Shown here piece by piece: positions 11,320-25,690 of a DNA stretch of 64,000 bases. Origin of the DNA: Phoronis australis (taxonomy: Eukaryota > Animalia > Phoronida); assembly GCA_002633005.1 (NCBI GenBank), contig NMRA01000695.1:107877-171876 (forward strand). Direction: 5' to 3'. The stretch's first letter is position 1. Every line of letters begins with the position of its first letter. The translations under genes and the position numbers were made by a program. A model generated the notes under the pieces. The model had not been told where the DNA came from and made no database searches. It saw nothing but the letters and a program-made list of their open reading frames with translations.

Positions 11320-14300
11320 GTTCAAAACTGATTAACTACAACACGTGTTGTGTTAAGGCACAAATTATGCACAAATCTTAAAAATTTTCACCTAATCTGC
11401 ATAACAGTACAAATTACCCGTATCAAGATACAAAAATACTGTTTTAAACAGGGAATAGGTTAATGTACGAAACTGCTTGATAGTCGCATGTCGGCTGCAG
11501 AACCGCTGATAGTGAATCCACCAGCGTGTTATCATGGTACAGTGGCAATGAACTCTCGTGTGCGGCATTCCTGGCTACCACCAGTGCCTGTTTACGAAGG
11601 TACAAAGGTAAAATGACTGAAGGTGTTGTAAAGATTACACCCAATAGTTTTTTGAACCACGGTTAAATTTACCTCCAAAAATTCAGCATATTTCATTAAA
11701 ATTTGACGCCTGATGAGTTGGCTGCATTTGAAGGTTACAAATGGCATTTGCTTGATTTTTGAGTGTTCTGAGTGAAATATTGGCAGTTGCTGTTGACCCA
11801 TTTTTGCTCACTTCTGGCTTTTATTAAACCCACTGATTACCAATGGGGAGTACAAATTTAGTATTAAATTCAGGTACCCTTCAGACACTTTGGATTTGTG
11901 AAAAATCTGGCTGTTTGACAACCACTTGATTTTTGGAGTTTTGGTAGCCAGAATGCACTGTCTCTCAGTTCGTTCACATTCAAATGGCGGTGTAGGTTGA
12001 AACTAGGAACCAATATTGGCCACTATGGTGAAAACTGTTGACTTAGTGTTCGTTTTTCAAAAAGCTGGCTGCACTTCCGTAGACATAAAATATGGAAAAA
12101 CCTGACTTAGGAATCGGCTTCAATATATTTTGTGCAAATCTTTTTTAAGTCTTTCAACCACTATACCGTTCATGTTTTCAAGTTTTGTACACACTGTGGA
12201 ACAGACAGTTGGAGCTCAAAATCAGCAAACAATGTTGAGTGCCACCCAACAACTACCAAACAGACCACTCATGAAAGCAGCTTCCTTAACAAAGACTTTT
12301 TATTAAGACCTAAGGCAATGAGTGATTGCTGGGAACCCAAAGAGAACTTATAAGTTCGCCAATGCTTGTTATGATTTTCTGTGTATTGCCCGGTTTTGGC
12401 CTAATTAACAGATACTAAAAACGACTTTCTCACCCAGTTCTCTGAAACAAAATAATGATCTGTAAGCTTCGGCAACCCTAAAAATTTGGGGGGAGCAAAG
12501 TTGAAAACTCCTTTAAAACGCTGCTAAACGGGCAAGCGTGATCTACAATTATAGCGAATTACACGACAACTGTGGGAAAAGACCATCCACCAAGGACCAT
12601 AAAATAGAAAGGGAGGACGACTTCTTAGTTGATAAGATTGATACCAACGATGGATTATGAGGTAATAAAACAAGGATTGGTTGACATAATCAAAACAAGG
12701 TTTGGTATCCTTTAACTAAGCCACGTGACAAACCATTTTTTATCTTGATCTCAGCCAACAGCGAATTGTCAGTTATTTGACTGTCCAGCAATCACTTCTA
12801 ATCTGAGTAAGAAACAAGTTGGGGCCAGCGGGTTTGATGGGAGCTTATTTCGATCTGTTCGAAGATAGCTCTAGCATCGAGGAATGTTCTAACAGATTAA
12901 AATAATCTCTCATGGTTTACAGGAGTTTCACATGCAGTAAAAGCTTTCAACAACATCGATTTCACTCTCAGAGCAACACGAAACCAGATGTTCATTGCTA
13001 GTAAATGCTAGATGGCCATATGGATTCACCAGGGCCCAAATTCTCTTAGTACATTTCCAGTTGAAGCTAAATTCAACTTCCACCAAAAGCTATTGTTACA
13101 AATGGTGGTAATCTTAAACCAAATACGCCATAAACTTAACTATTACATAAAGATAATGCAAAATTACAAATTGTATATAAAAACATTAGTACTTATTTAG
13201 ATCTTACTTACAAAACATACAAAATAACACTGTGGTAATAACAAACTAAAGCATCATTGGCAAGGAAAGGCAAGCCCTAATTTTCCTTCCACTCATAAAA
13301 CCAAAATTTTAAAAAAACTTTCATTTGACAAGATGAATTATACAGTTATGTAGGACCGTATCTGATGGTTTCCAATTTTTGAGTTGTAGCATAAAAATCA
13401 AAATGTCCCATCAGGCAAAAGTGGAACATAGCAAAGCTCACTCCTACATGTAAAAGCCTGTTGGTGAACAGTACACAGAGTATGAGACAGTTTTATATGA
13501 GTCTGATAAGCCTTTGTGAGACATGACGTCAGCCAAATTTTCAATATTTTTGAGTCCAACATAACTTTGAAGTACTTGAAACACTCAGCTTTTAGAGATT
13601 TTCCAAACTGAAAAAGCCTGCCAACCTGATAACAAAAGGTTTGTCGAGAAACCTTTGTCTCACAAGACTTAAAAGACAACAGATGGCGTTACTGATGGAA
13701 ATAAGAACTTTACAATTTGGCACTTCTTAATATGTAATACTTTCCATAGTGGATGCCTGGAAATATTTTTTCTTGGGAATTCCCAGTTGAATGTTTAGCT
13801 CATGTGGGCTGCTTCCGAAAAAGGGGTACAGCTCTCAGCAATTTGTGTTGTTGACAGCATTGCAGTCATTGATTTAAAACCATCTACTACAAAAAAGGAA
13901 AAAATGTTGACAATTGATCAACTTGAAATAATTTCAAAGGTCCTTATAGCACTTATGAAAGACAAAAATTGACCCAAGAAGTAGTGCGTCAAATAGTTTC
14001 CACATCTGCCTCATTCCTGCGTGCGCAGTAACTTTGAAAAATCATAAGCAAGAATTATTAGACTCCATCCGTTCTTTTTTCTAATTTTGTTTCCAAAAGA
14101 GACCCCATTGGGGTTGGCTCTTTCGAAACCCACAACAGATCTGAACTTGCAAAACTCAAGTAACTGAAAGCCTGGGGTCCGATCTCTGTACACGACATTC
14201 AACCAAATAATTTATGCGTTGCATGGCATATTTCGAGTAACAAAACATCGTACTCAAATAATGTAGCATAATTGTTTAATATCAAGGCTGCATTTGGAGA

Positions 14301-16376
14301 CTAGACCCTGGGTCTAGGTAAAACAAAATGAGTCATGAAACGATTATTTGCACTATAGGAATTAGGAGCATTTAAAAAACCTTGATGAGCATTAAACTGA
14401 CTGAGGATTTCAGCTTCAAAAATATACCAGGCTAGCAGTAGTTGGGCCAGTGCCGTGTCTGAAGCAAAGTTTTATTTTGATACAGATGCAGCTCCTCTCT
14501 AACCTGAATCAATCATTCAGATAAACACACACTAATTTTTTACTCAAATGCGATGGGTACTAAATGGATGGATTCTGAAAGTAATAATGAGACCTAAGCA
14601 TAAATGCTGACTGTAAATCTACATTATTCACAAGATATATGAGACCTGTGCAGCATCATAGCACTTAACTTTTAAAATTTTAGACACTCACACGAATTTA
14701 GATAAAAATCACTTTCAGTGATAAAGTTACAAAGTGAGTGTTATATTAAACTACGTTATTCAAGCACATTTTTTATCAAATACCCACAAATCAAAAAGCA
14801 ACACTAAGATACAAGAGATTCATTTATCTAAGACAATCAAGGCTTAAAGACATTACGGGTTTGGCTATTAGAAATTCGTAGGGGATAATAAAACAATTGT
14901 CTTCTCAGCCAGGACCATGAACCCTTTGTTAAGCTGTGTTGACTTACACAAGTCATCTGGGCCAGCTGCATGGCAAAAAGCAGGCTTCACAAACAACTAT
15001 TGACCTCGCTTGTCAATTTCAAAAGGCCTATTGTGTGTAAACAACACCAATGATCTACAAAATTCTAAGTCACTATGCAGACTAGTTACCACCTCCATGC
15101 CCAAAGTGAAGTTTGTGAATTAGGCTGTCTGGTTAATGCTTTGCCACAAGGTCCCACCACACAGTACTGAATGCTTATGACAATTTACATTTAAAAGTCA
15201 TGACCACCGTTTCTAGCTGTACAGTAGCATTTTAGGCAAATTATGCTTCACACTGATTAAAACATCAAAGTCACGTTTTTTTGTTATATACCTTTTGCAT
15301 ATAGAGGGACACCTTAGGAGGCTGACAACGTCTTTAATTCCTTCCAACTCAAATAAATACTCCCGTAATCAAACTTTTTCTTCGAGCAGTCCTTCAATTG
15401 AGCCATTTTAGACATTTTTAACACTGCACGTGGCAGGTGGTACGACATCATATCCCCTGGCTGAGCTGTGTAAAAATAACCAGTTTCTGATTTTGGGAAC
15501 TAAACAAAGGCCTGCTCGAAGAAAAAGTTTGATAACTGAATTATTTGTTCGAGCTGGAAGGAATTTCAAACACCTTAGGAGCCCATCTATACGCAAAAAG
15601 ACCACATAACAATGAGACTTTGATGGCTTAATCAGTGTGAAGCACAATTCACTGAAAAGCTACTAGCCAGCTAGAGATGATGGCCACTGTCTTTGATTTC
15701 AAAAAAGCATTGCAGTCACTTTAAAACTTTTGGAAATGAAGCCTACATTTTGAGCTGTGATTTAAAAGCCAGGATTGGAACATAATAATGTTAGCAAGAT
15801 TTGGCTCAAAAGCAAGGCAGGGCAATGCTGAGCATTGACATACTCGCCATCACGTGCACTGCAAATGTCAACTGTATAAAATGTGCTTATTTTTCAAACA
15901 TTCAGCACACTAGTGTGAGCAAGACTCAAATTTAAGTTCACTATAGTGAGATGCACTATTAAACTTACAATGGCGTCACAAAGAACCTGCAACATTCCCT
16001 ATAATCACACAAACGACAACTAAATTTGAAATAAAAAACAGGGCGGTTTGAAGGGAAACTAACACAGAAAGAGTATGCAGCATGCTTTTTTGAGGGTTAG
16101 GTAAACACATTTTTCATTAAAAGCTGTGGTTCACTCCGTCTGTTGGCACCTTCCTAGATTCGTCAGTGTAAAACGCATGACTCACCCACTGCCATGTACA
16201 CAGAGCACCTCACATACCAAGGCTGTAAGATGTGGCAGTGACAGTAACAGGTCGCTAGGGTACTTTTAACTTGGCCAGGATTCGCCAGCGGAGAGATAAC
16301 GAAATAATTATATGTCACAAACTAGGGTGCGAATGTTGACATTCCAGGAGAATCCTACGGAAGATCCAGGTATTTC

Positions 16377-19300
16377 CTAAGGTGGAGGTACCTATAAAAT
16401 AATAAAAAGACATCAAATGTATCAGCCTGTTAATAAATTTAATTAAGCTACTCTGAGAATTCTATTCAAGATGATGATATCTCTTGAAGATACCAAGTGA
16501 AAGCACTATAACAAAGAAGAGAGGCTGTTATTTTCATTTCCGCTATTGTACTAAAATCCTTCAATTCACATGTCCAATATTTTAACTTAAAAGTGATTAA
16601 TCAGTACAATGCCACGCCAGGTGACAACAATAACCATATTAATAGTAATAATAATAATAATAATAAAATAATAATATAATAATAATAATAATAATATAAT
16701 AATAGCAATGCTATAATAATTATAAAATAATTGCCATTTACATTACGATCAGCAGGACCTACTTGTAGTCATTTACCTGGACATCATTGTTGTCTGGTGT
16801 GACTGACCGATGGATAAAGTGTGACTGGTCAAGTGCAACATACTCGCCACTGTCAACTACCTCTTCATAGGATGGTAAACGTTGTGCCGTCAAGGTTGGC
16901 AGTAAGCCTGAAGATGCATCTTGGACATCACTGCGCTCAGCTGAATACACAAGAATAATTCTATCTAACATGATCCCACAAGAATCGCTGAGTAGCAATA
17001 CCGCATTTGTTAATCATACAATATGAAGCTGGGATTAATGTCTACTTAAAAAACTTCTGAAAATCCACACTTAATTTCTTTACGCAGATATGCTTTCTGT
17101 CAACACATGTATGTAAAATGTAGGCATGCTCAATGCATCAACTAAACTAATCTTGTTAACATTTAAAGTTCTCCTCAAGAGTGGACTTTTTTAAAACGAT
17201 GTATTCACCGTATTCGTGTCGGAAGGCGAAATTATAACTTTTTGTACACACAGTTACTGCACTTTTGTGAACATACCAAAAAAGTAATGTAACAGTCCTA
17301 CAGCGCTGTCCATGCAGAGGAGTTTAACTAAAATGCTCTCATGCTGGCCATTTGTGAGGATCGGGCGGTTTTTCGGAAACTTACAGGTCTTGTTCCAGCC
17401 GAGCATAGTACACTTATTCCACAATTTTATGAGTGCGGCGCAACTGTACAGTTCATCAGAGTTCTGTTGAAGTTTTGCCTAGTATATTTTGAAAACTGTT
17501 GTATCTGCCAATATGAAAACATGAATAAAACAACTTCAACTCATAAAATAAGTCTCACAGTATTGTTTATCACCACGGTGATGGGATTTCATTCTTCAAT
17601 TCGGAGCTTATTGGGATTGGGCAACTTGAAAATTACCAATTCAAAAATGACGCATTTATGCATGTATTGCCTGTGACTTGCATTACAAGCTCATTCAGCA
17701 ACAAATCAAAATCAGTTACAAACAGTATTGATTTTAAACCTCAAGACACTTCTATCCTTTCACATTTGACAGCTAAAAAACCGGAAAAGGTCCCTTTAAA
17801 TGCATTGCCTGAATTTTTCACCATTTTTACCTGGAGCACTTACTCTCGAAAAAAAAATCAACACCAATTCTCTGCAAGTCATATTTCACGATTCGAGTCA
17901 TTCTACCTGCATTACTCCTCGTTATAAGAGGGGTCGACACCTCCTGAGCGACGTCATATGATGGCGGTCTATCTTCAACTGTAGCAGCCACCCTTGACAA
18001 CGCTTCTCTCAACTGTGATTCTTCAATATAATCATTTTGAACTCGAACAGCTGTCAGTTCTCGCTCAATGTGGTGATGGCGTCGCAGACCTGAAAAGCCA
18101 GGGAGTACAACAGATGCAGTTTGAAAAAATCAATGGATTTTGACAAATTTCACCTTTATAGAAACTAAGGCAAAAGACCAAGATGAAACCAGATGAAAAA
18201 ATAACATAAAATCATTTAAAAACTTATTGGAAAAAGTTTGCTCTCTGAAGTTTAGCCAATTTTTGACAAGCACAAATATCAAACATTTTTGGAAAACTAT
18301 GAAGTACTTCAAAGGCATATTCCTGAACATTTTCTGTAGTCTATATTTAGAATTCCCTATGCTCATTGAATGGCTCAACAGAGCAATCCATCCATTCAAT
18401 GGTAATTTCATAAACCCAACAGCATTATAAACCAATGAAATTCCAGGACTAGTCACTGATATTCCCTTCTTAACAAACTGGTAAAACAGGTACTGGCATA
18501 ATTCCACATGAGCTGTTCTGGCAAAGTGTCTCTTAATTTTGTTGGAATTACTGTTCTGTGTGCTGGACTAGTATTTACAAATTAGCCACGGATGTTTCAT
18601 GTCTTACAGAAGGTCAGTGAAGGTATCAAATGTTGGCACTGGCGTATTTAAGGAAAATTAAGAATCAATAATTTTCACGCATCCCAATTTTTCAAATGTC
18701 ACCATAACTATCTTGATACAGAAAGGGCACAAATTCTAGTATATAAATATTATTATGATATTTTTTTAGCACAGCCCCAGAAATCGCTTTCCCATTATAT
18801 CCAGGTTCTCATTCACTCCCTTGCACACATTCACTAGGTAAGACCAAGCCCAAAGGAACAGGAGACACATTTGTGCAATGCTCGATTGTCAGCCAGTGAA
18901 GCCAGGATTTGAACCCGGGTCTCCCAAGCGGGAGTCCAGAGCTTTAGCCACTGAGCCACACTGTCTCTTCATATTATGACCGATCTTTCCTCCCTCACCC
19001 CAGAAACCACATCTAAACTGAGTGAAGAACAAGATAAGCATGCAACTTCATAACTGCAAATAGCAAAAACCAAAACATGATTTAATGTGTCTTTAAGTAA
19101 ATTTCAATTTAATGGAATCTCTGAGTGCGCCTCCTGCACATGTCACGGTAGTTCCAGAAATGTGACTGATTTATTACACAAAAGGTTTTTGGAATTCTGC
19201 ATACAAGTGAGATAGGAAAACATTTCTGATATTTTAAAAAAAGAAAAAGACCATACAAAGCCAGTCGCTAACATGTTGCTGCCTGCAAAGTCTTTGTCAT

Positions 19301-21392
19301 CAATAACACCAGAAAGGTGCATAATTATTTCAAAGCTTTGCTGAAACAAGATGTACCAATAGAAAATTCCTTACTTAGAATTGAGAGATGTCACTGACAT
19401 TCAGACAAGTCATGACATCTATTGTCAAAGCTGTGAATCTAATCTCCAATTGGAAACAAATAGAAAAAATACTGCATAACCGAACAGTTGCTAAATGGCA
19501 AGGCTGCTGGAATCGATGGATCAACCAATGAGAAGCATAGGGTTATAATTCCAATTTTGCATCGCTCTTTTTAATTTATTTTTGTGATTGGGAATTTCCA
19601 ATAAATGAGGTGCGACATGTGTTGCTACCTTTACATACATGCAGGGATATTCCTGGACTGCGCCTTTGCACAATTAGTGCATCAAAATGTAAAAAGGCGC
19701 AAATACATTGCAGCAGTTGTGCCCTGGGCACATATTTTGAAATGTAACATTTTAGTCAACTTACAGCCAATTGGGTAAATTATGGCTTCGATCTTATTTT
19801 GATTGCCCTTGGGGTATCTGTTGCATATGTTGGCACTTTATATACACTAAGTTTCCTGGGCACAACTTTTTGAAAACAGACAAACTTTTTACTCATCAGG
19901 TGCACCCTTAGCTTCAAACCTGGTTAGGAATATCCCAGTAAATTAAGCAGGGTAGTCTCAATAATGAAAATGACTACAGGGCATCTCTTTATTGCCACCA
20001 CCTGCAAAATTCTCTACATGTATGTGTGGGCAGAAAATTAATAACTTACTCTTATGAATCACAAGCTGGGTTTAAAAATACATCATTGTACCCAATATCA
20101 AGGTTTGGCTTGATATACATTGTCTCAAAAACATACGAGCAGAAAGGGTGGTCGATTTTAATGTACATTCATAGACTTTGCCAAAGCATTTGACTGAGTT
20201 CCATATAAGCAGAAAGGGTGGTCAATTTTATTTGTACATTCATAGACTTTGTCAAGGCATTTTAATGGAATGAGAGGCCTATTCAGATCTTAGAGGTCTA
20301 TTTGTTTCATTTGGAATCATAAAACAAAAAACAGATTCATAAGCTCGTTGAGTGATCCACATGAATCATTGAAGTTTGTGCATTTGGTATTAGAGAGACC
20401 AGCAATATTATGAAACACGACACAAACTTAATTTATTTGTAACTGTGTGTTCTGGGCATGTGGCCTTGTGTATTGAACAAACGATTCAAATAATTCATCT
20501 TCTTTGCTTCCTCCATTCATGCAAAGGTTTTAGCCTGGCCCTATCAATATCGAATTAAAGTTGTCAGTAATTAATTTTTTGGCCAACGTCAATCAGCAAA
20601 GAACACAGTCAAATAAAATGAAGACTGGATATCTAAATAAACGGAATAGGCTTATATCTGTCTGAATATCATTTCGTTTATGATATTACGTACCAGTACT
20701 ATCCGTATGAATGATGTGCGAATGGAACGTGTAACTTGTAAGGAACTTTCAGGGTGTGATCATTTGTTTGTTATTGCATTCGCTGTTCAAGGAAGCAAAG
20801 GTGAAAGGACCAATGAAAGTGTGCTTACTTAATCTAGAGCGCAGGGCATCCTTGTGCCTGGTGGACATATTGAGACAGCAGCAACAACAGCAGGCTAACA
20901 GTAACACAATGCCCACAGTGATGCAGATAATGTACAGCCACAGTTCTAATGATACACCTGTTCTTGGCTTCGGCTCATCATGACTTAATACAGCCGTGGT
21001 GATGTCTAATGATGAGCGCTGGCACGTTTTCTCATCAGAATTATCCCCACAGTTATTCACGCCATTACACAGTAGTCTTTCGTTTATACAGTCAGCATTG
21101 TCACATAAAAATGCATTTCGGTGACAAAACGCACAGTCTTTCTCATCACTGCCATCAGGGCAGTGAGGTGTGCCATCGCAGACCTGTAACAAGGAAATGC
21201 ATGTCTTGTCTGCGCACTGTTTTGTCCGCACCAAAATATTTACTCTCTGGCACCATGAGCTGTAGTCTGGACAGTCCACTGGATATCTCTGAACACAAGA
21301 ACCTTCAGCACACAGCTTATGCGTGGAGTTACATTGATTGCCAGCTCTACTCCCAGAACCATAGATGTTTCCATTTTTCAGTGGATTCACTG
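16377..21392 (-). CDS. LDL-receptor class A domain single-pass membrane protein with PY motifs (LDLRAD-like); 5' exon not identified
   Basis: Exons 21392-20829, 18089-17907, 16940-16777 and 16391-16377 splice in frame. LDLa repeats (CISLLQVCDGTPHCPDGSDEKDC; CINERLLCNGVNNCGDNSDEKTC), TM segment LWLYIICITVGIVLLLA, Cys run CCCCCC, cytoplasmic PPSY and LPSY. Confidence 0.8.
16640..16705 (+). repeat. (AAT)n microsatellite
   Basis: Imperfect AAT run in an intron. Confidence 0.85.
18745..18967 (-). mobile_element. tRNA-derived SINE
   Basis: Minus strand: A box TGGCTCAGTGG and B box GGTTCAAATCC, then an unrelated body and an A/T-rich tail. Confidence 0.65.
20135..20265 (+). mobile_element. LINE reverse-transcriptase relic, locally tandem-duplicated
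   Basis: Translates FIDFAKAFD*VPY (the RT DFxKAFD motif). An approximately 70-bp unit starting AGCAGAAAGGGTGGTC occurs twice. Confidence 0.6.
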
Positions 21393-21589
21393 CTGAAAGA
21401 GAAACCACCAGTTTCTTCCATCATTACTGCACAACTGGGTTTATTTTATTGTAACTTACCGATTTAAGTCACATCCAAGAAAATTAATGACTGAAATCTT
21501 AATGAAACACCAAATTATTTCTTTGACAGATGGCCATGTATTTAATTATTATTTTACTATTTCACTGCACTATATTACCTTTCATATTT

Positions 21590-21675
21590 TGTTGTTGAGG
21601 GCCCTCTTGGAAAGCAGTGCTGTCACTGAAGAGGCCACCCTCATTTTAAATATTAAAATATTAAATAAATAAATA
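21590..21675 (+). mobile_element. CR1/L2-group LINE (or SINE) 3' tail
   Basis: GAGGGCCC...AAAGCAGTG...ACTGA...ACCYTCATT followed by TAAA repeats; same architecture as 25615-25690. Confidence 0.45.
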
Positions 21676-22844
21676 GTTTTATGTTATAATAACTTCTCAA
21701 TTATATTTCCCAGTTTACTGAATTATCGCAGGCTGGCATAACTTAACAATTTTGGGCAAAACAATTAAATAAAATTGTTTTCTCCCGATAATAGGGGTGA
21801 ACAAAATAAACCAAATACAAACTTCGTAGTTAACGAGTATGAATGTGCAAAGTTATTTGTGATGAATGTATTTCGCTAGCACAATAAATTATGTATTTGG
21901 AAATATTCATTTCAAAATGAACTTTAACCAGTTATGGGGTATGATGTACCCCACAATTATGGGTGATACTCCGGCAATCTCTTGGACAGACTTTGAGAGA
22001 ACTCTGATCCACTTTGTGTCAAATTTATTTAATTAAATGACACTTTTGTGAAACAGAAGAGCACTGTCCTTGAACTTTTACTCAATTTATCAAATGAATT
22101 AAAATGTTAACTCAACAAGTCGCAAATTCATTTCGTCAGATTTCAATGCAATGCTGTTACACCATATTGTTAATTCTAGATAATTCAGCAATATTTGCTT
22201 TTGAGCCATACACAATTTCCTGGATATGATTCGATTTCCAGGATAATTTATGTTATAAAATGATTTTGCAAATAAAAAACATCAAAAACAACCTTTGTCA
22301 AACTAACAAAAGTGACAAGTTTTTAAACGAAAGTGAGTTAAATGAGATGCCTGATAACTTACTAATAACTCTCAACTAAACACAAACACGCATGGATTAC
22401 ATTGTTCGTTCAATGTTTCTCGGAAATAAGGACCTAAAGCAGATGGTACACGTCCTTTTGTTAGTAGTACTGTACCTACAGTTATGTGACGCCATTGCAA
22501 CGCTGCCCATTGTTAAGTTTAAAAAATTTGCAATCAATTATGCTGAGTGTGACTGGCTCATACAACATAGAAGTAAAGTGATTTTGGAACTCACTTTGTG
22601 CAGAGATCTGTAAAACTAGACATGCTGTCGCAACTGTCAGTCTGCAGTGTGTTAACTCTGAAATGAAATAGGCAACTGAATTAAAGACACAATGAGAAAC
22701 CATTATCATGAAAATTGGGATTGAGTGACATCGAGAACCGCTCATCAAATTCTATGGGTCAAGAGAGTTAGCAAGGGAATTGCCGATTTGTCAAGGATGG
22801 TCACAGCATCAATACGTCCACACTTACTAGTAGCCAAACCATTT

Positions 22845-22975
22845 AGTAAGCTTCCGCGATGAACCAGCAATTGCTGTTATCCATCCATAACTCATCGGGT
22901 AATTCCATACTTGACCCTGAAGCGACTCAAAAGAGTCCCGTCTTACAGGAGTTCCTATGCATCAGCCTTTTAGGA
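22845..22975 (-). mobile_element. Degenerate copy of the 23908-24151 MITE
   Basis: 22845-22910 is a diverged reverse complement of the MITE interior at about 23961-24031. Confidence 0.55.
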
Positions 22976-23269
22976 AGTGTGTCAGACCTTTTAGCCTATA
23001 ATGTATTGGGGACTAACAGAAGCTATTAGGGCATCTGTGACTACAACTGCGTTATAATAGCACATTCTCATCACCCACTCGACACAAAATAAACCGAGAA
23101 CAACACTTGATGACTGCGAGATAAGTTTTCTTATTCCTTCAGAGGTAATTAATTATCTTAGTGAACAACCAACTAAAATTTACTAAATTTACTAAAGTTT
23201 CTCTGAGAATCATCACCTAAACTTACAAAAAGAGGCAATCCTTGATTTTCCAAAAACGCGTACAGGGCG

Positions 23270-24510
23270 CTACATTACGGCGTTTTTCCATTGAGCCCAA
23301 CTTGTTCGATTCTATAGCCCAACAAGTTGGAGGATGACCTCTGGCATTTATGGTTGGAGGGCCAACTTTCTTTTGTTTGAAAATTGCTATAACCAATAAC
23401 ATTTCTGAATTCCTCATCAAATGGTGATCATGTTTAGTTTTTGAATCATCAAAATCGCCCAACTACAATGGAAGTTACGACAATCTATTCTGTCCGAACA
23501 TATTACCAACGCATTTGACTGTGCTCATATGTGGTCGGTAAATGGTGCAGCCACCGTACGTTTCATAACACTTACATCCACAACGCATCAATAATTCTTC
23601 GTAAGTTGTTTTAAGCAGGATATGCTATTTTAATAAAGATATTATGCCTCATGTGTTAGATTTATTTTGTTACGTGCATTAAATCATTGTCACAAAATCA
23701 AGGTCACGTCGTTCCTGTATGTGCCAATTTTCGCGCAGTATGCCTGTAACATTAATGCAATGAGTAATATTCAGCTTTATGGATTCAATTTTCCAGAGTC
23801 GATGGGCATCTCAACATTTTTTGTACACATGCTTTCTCAAATTAAGTTTTAACAACAGAATGTGTAATTTTGACAACTGGTTCACACAACAAGTCTGCAG
23901 TACTTGTACAAAAATGTTCCCAAAAAACCCACGCATCGAGCCTCCTTGGACAATTCGAGGCCAAGAACGGTATGGGATTATCCGATGAGTTACGGATGGA
24001 CGGTAATTGTCGGTTCATCACGGAAGCTTACGAAATGTCTGGTTTAAGCGATGTCGTGACACTCCGTAACAAATCGGCAATTGTCGTACCGTCCTTGACC
24101 TCGAACCGTCCAAGGAGGCTCGATGCATGGGCTTTTTGGGAACATTTTTGTGCGAATTTCTTGCGAACTCGGTGAAGCAGAACACAGTAAATGGTATTGG
24201 GACAAACAACAATTCCTCATGATTTTTAAACGTATGTTTTGTGTAAATTTATTGAGTTTTGTGTTTGTTATGGACGGCTGAAGTGAAGCACCCATGGAAT
24301 TTCTAGTCTGGAGAGTCATACCTTGTAGTATTTTTTAGCGTATTGTGGACGATCAGATGCTGAAGACGCCTGTTGTTGTCACAGGTCAGGGGACAAAAGA
24401 CTGTGCTGGGCAGTTTTAACAAGTCAAAGGAGCCAGATGTTATCACACCCTCACAGTCACAACCTCTCACGTCTGGAGAAGCCACTGAACGGCAGAACGC
24501 CGTAATGATT
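23270..24510 (-). repeat. Old inverted duplication segments, homologous to 40395-40945 and 42225-42345
   Basis: Manual alignment: revcomp 24365-24510 matches 40395-40517; revcomp 24250-24368 matches 42225-42345; revcomp 23270-23500 matches 40595-40945. Confidence 0.75.
23908..24151. mobile_element. Foldback MITE with about 60-90-bp TIRs
   Basis: ACAAAAATGTTCCCAAAAAACCCACGCATCGAGCCTCCTTGGAC... is mirrored at about 24065-24151. Confidence 0.8.
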
Positions 24511-25125
24511 TTGGAAACAGAAACCAACTTGAAGAAATCCCTGTTTCCGAAAATTACAAAGCATGCATGAAAAGTGCAACTATCGGAAAGCCCCGATGTC
24601 ATGCCTCTCGACTCTCGTCACTGCGACTGCGAGCGACACTACGCTGCATTGCCTATTTGCCTAGAGAACCTTGACTTTTTTGTGAATCGCACAAGACGAT
24701 GTAAATTGTCATGCAAAACCTTAACAACGGCAAGTGCAATGCTTACCAGCGGCTTTCATGATTTGCAGGGCAAGTAAGTTCGTAAGCACAGCCACAGGTG
24801 AGCACCATTTCGTCGTTTCTGACCCAACTGTAAACAGGAACCAGCTGCAGCGACATCTACTGAAAGACGAGTACTTTCGTCCGTTTTCATCCGAAACATC
24901 TCGGGTATTTCCGTACCATCCATAGGTGTGCTACTTCTTTGAGACCCGCTCAGTGTCGAAGTTACAGACGGAGCCGTAGTCATTCCACTAAGGTGCCGGT
25001 CTCAGTACTTGGCTTCGGAAATTAAAATTCTTGGCAAAAGCTTGGATTTTTACCTGAAAACCACTGAAAGGCGACACACTGAAAAGCCGGATGCTAATAC
25101 TAGAGTTTTTTAAAGTTGGACATTC

Positions 25126-25690
25126 CCTAGCACACAAACCCACGCATTCACTCCGCTTTAAGTTCGACAACAATGGTAAATGTTAATCACCCATTTCTGG
25201 ATCTAGCAAGCTGTCTATTACTTCCAAACTATATTTCATTGAGGAGTGGAACTGCTAAAATATTCGCTTAAGCTTCAATAAATGGTAGATGTGATATTTC
25301 GCTAGAAAATCAAAAATTATTTTTTGTCGAAGAAATATCGAGGATTCCCAAAAGAACGCTTGGCTGCGTTAATTATTTTTTCACTTTAATCATTGAAGCA
25401 AAGTTTAGAAACATCTACTCAAAAGTTTCAATAAAATCATAGAAGACTCCAAGATACCTACAGTATTTTATAAATATAAACATTTATACACAAACGATCA
25501 AAATGCTTGCTGCTTTCTCCGCTGAGTGTGTTCTCTATGTAACTGTAATGTGGTGTGGGTAAATTGCATCGTGGACTGCTTTGTCTAAAACAACTGTATT
25601 ATGTGAAGGTGTCTGAGGGCCCCCATGAAAAGCAGTGAGAACTGATGGGTCTACCTTCATTGTAAATATTACAATAATAAATAAATTAAA
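25126..25690 (+). mobile_element. About 540-bp LINE-like 3' fragment, copy 1
   Basis: Near-identical to 28053-28589; ends in a stem-loop-like tail and A-rich repeat; degenerate CR1-group C-terminal-like residues (FIEEWN). Confidence 0.6.

Noticed and set aside
24303-24870. Two Cys-rich minus-strand segments that splice in frame (WSC-like impression)
   Set aside because: Their phase does not fit the LDLa exon, and the homologous copy at 40.4/42.2 kb does not preserve the frame.
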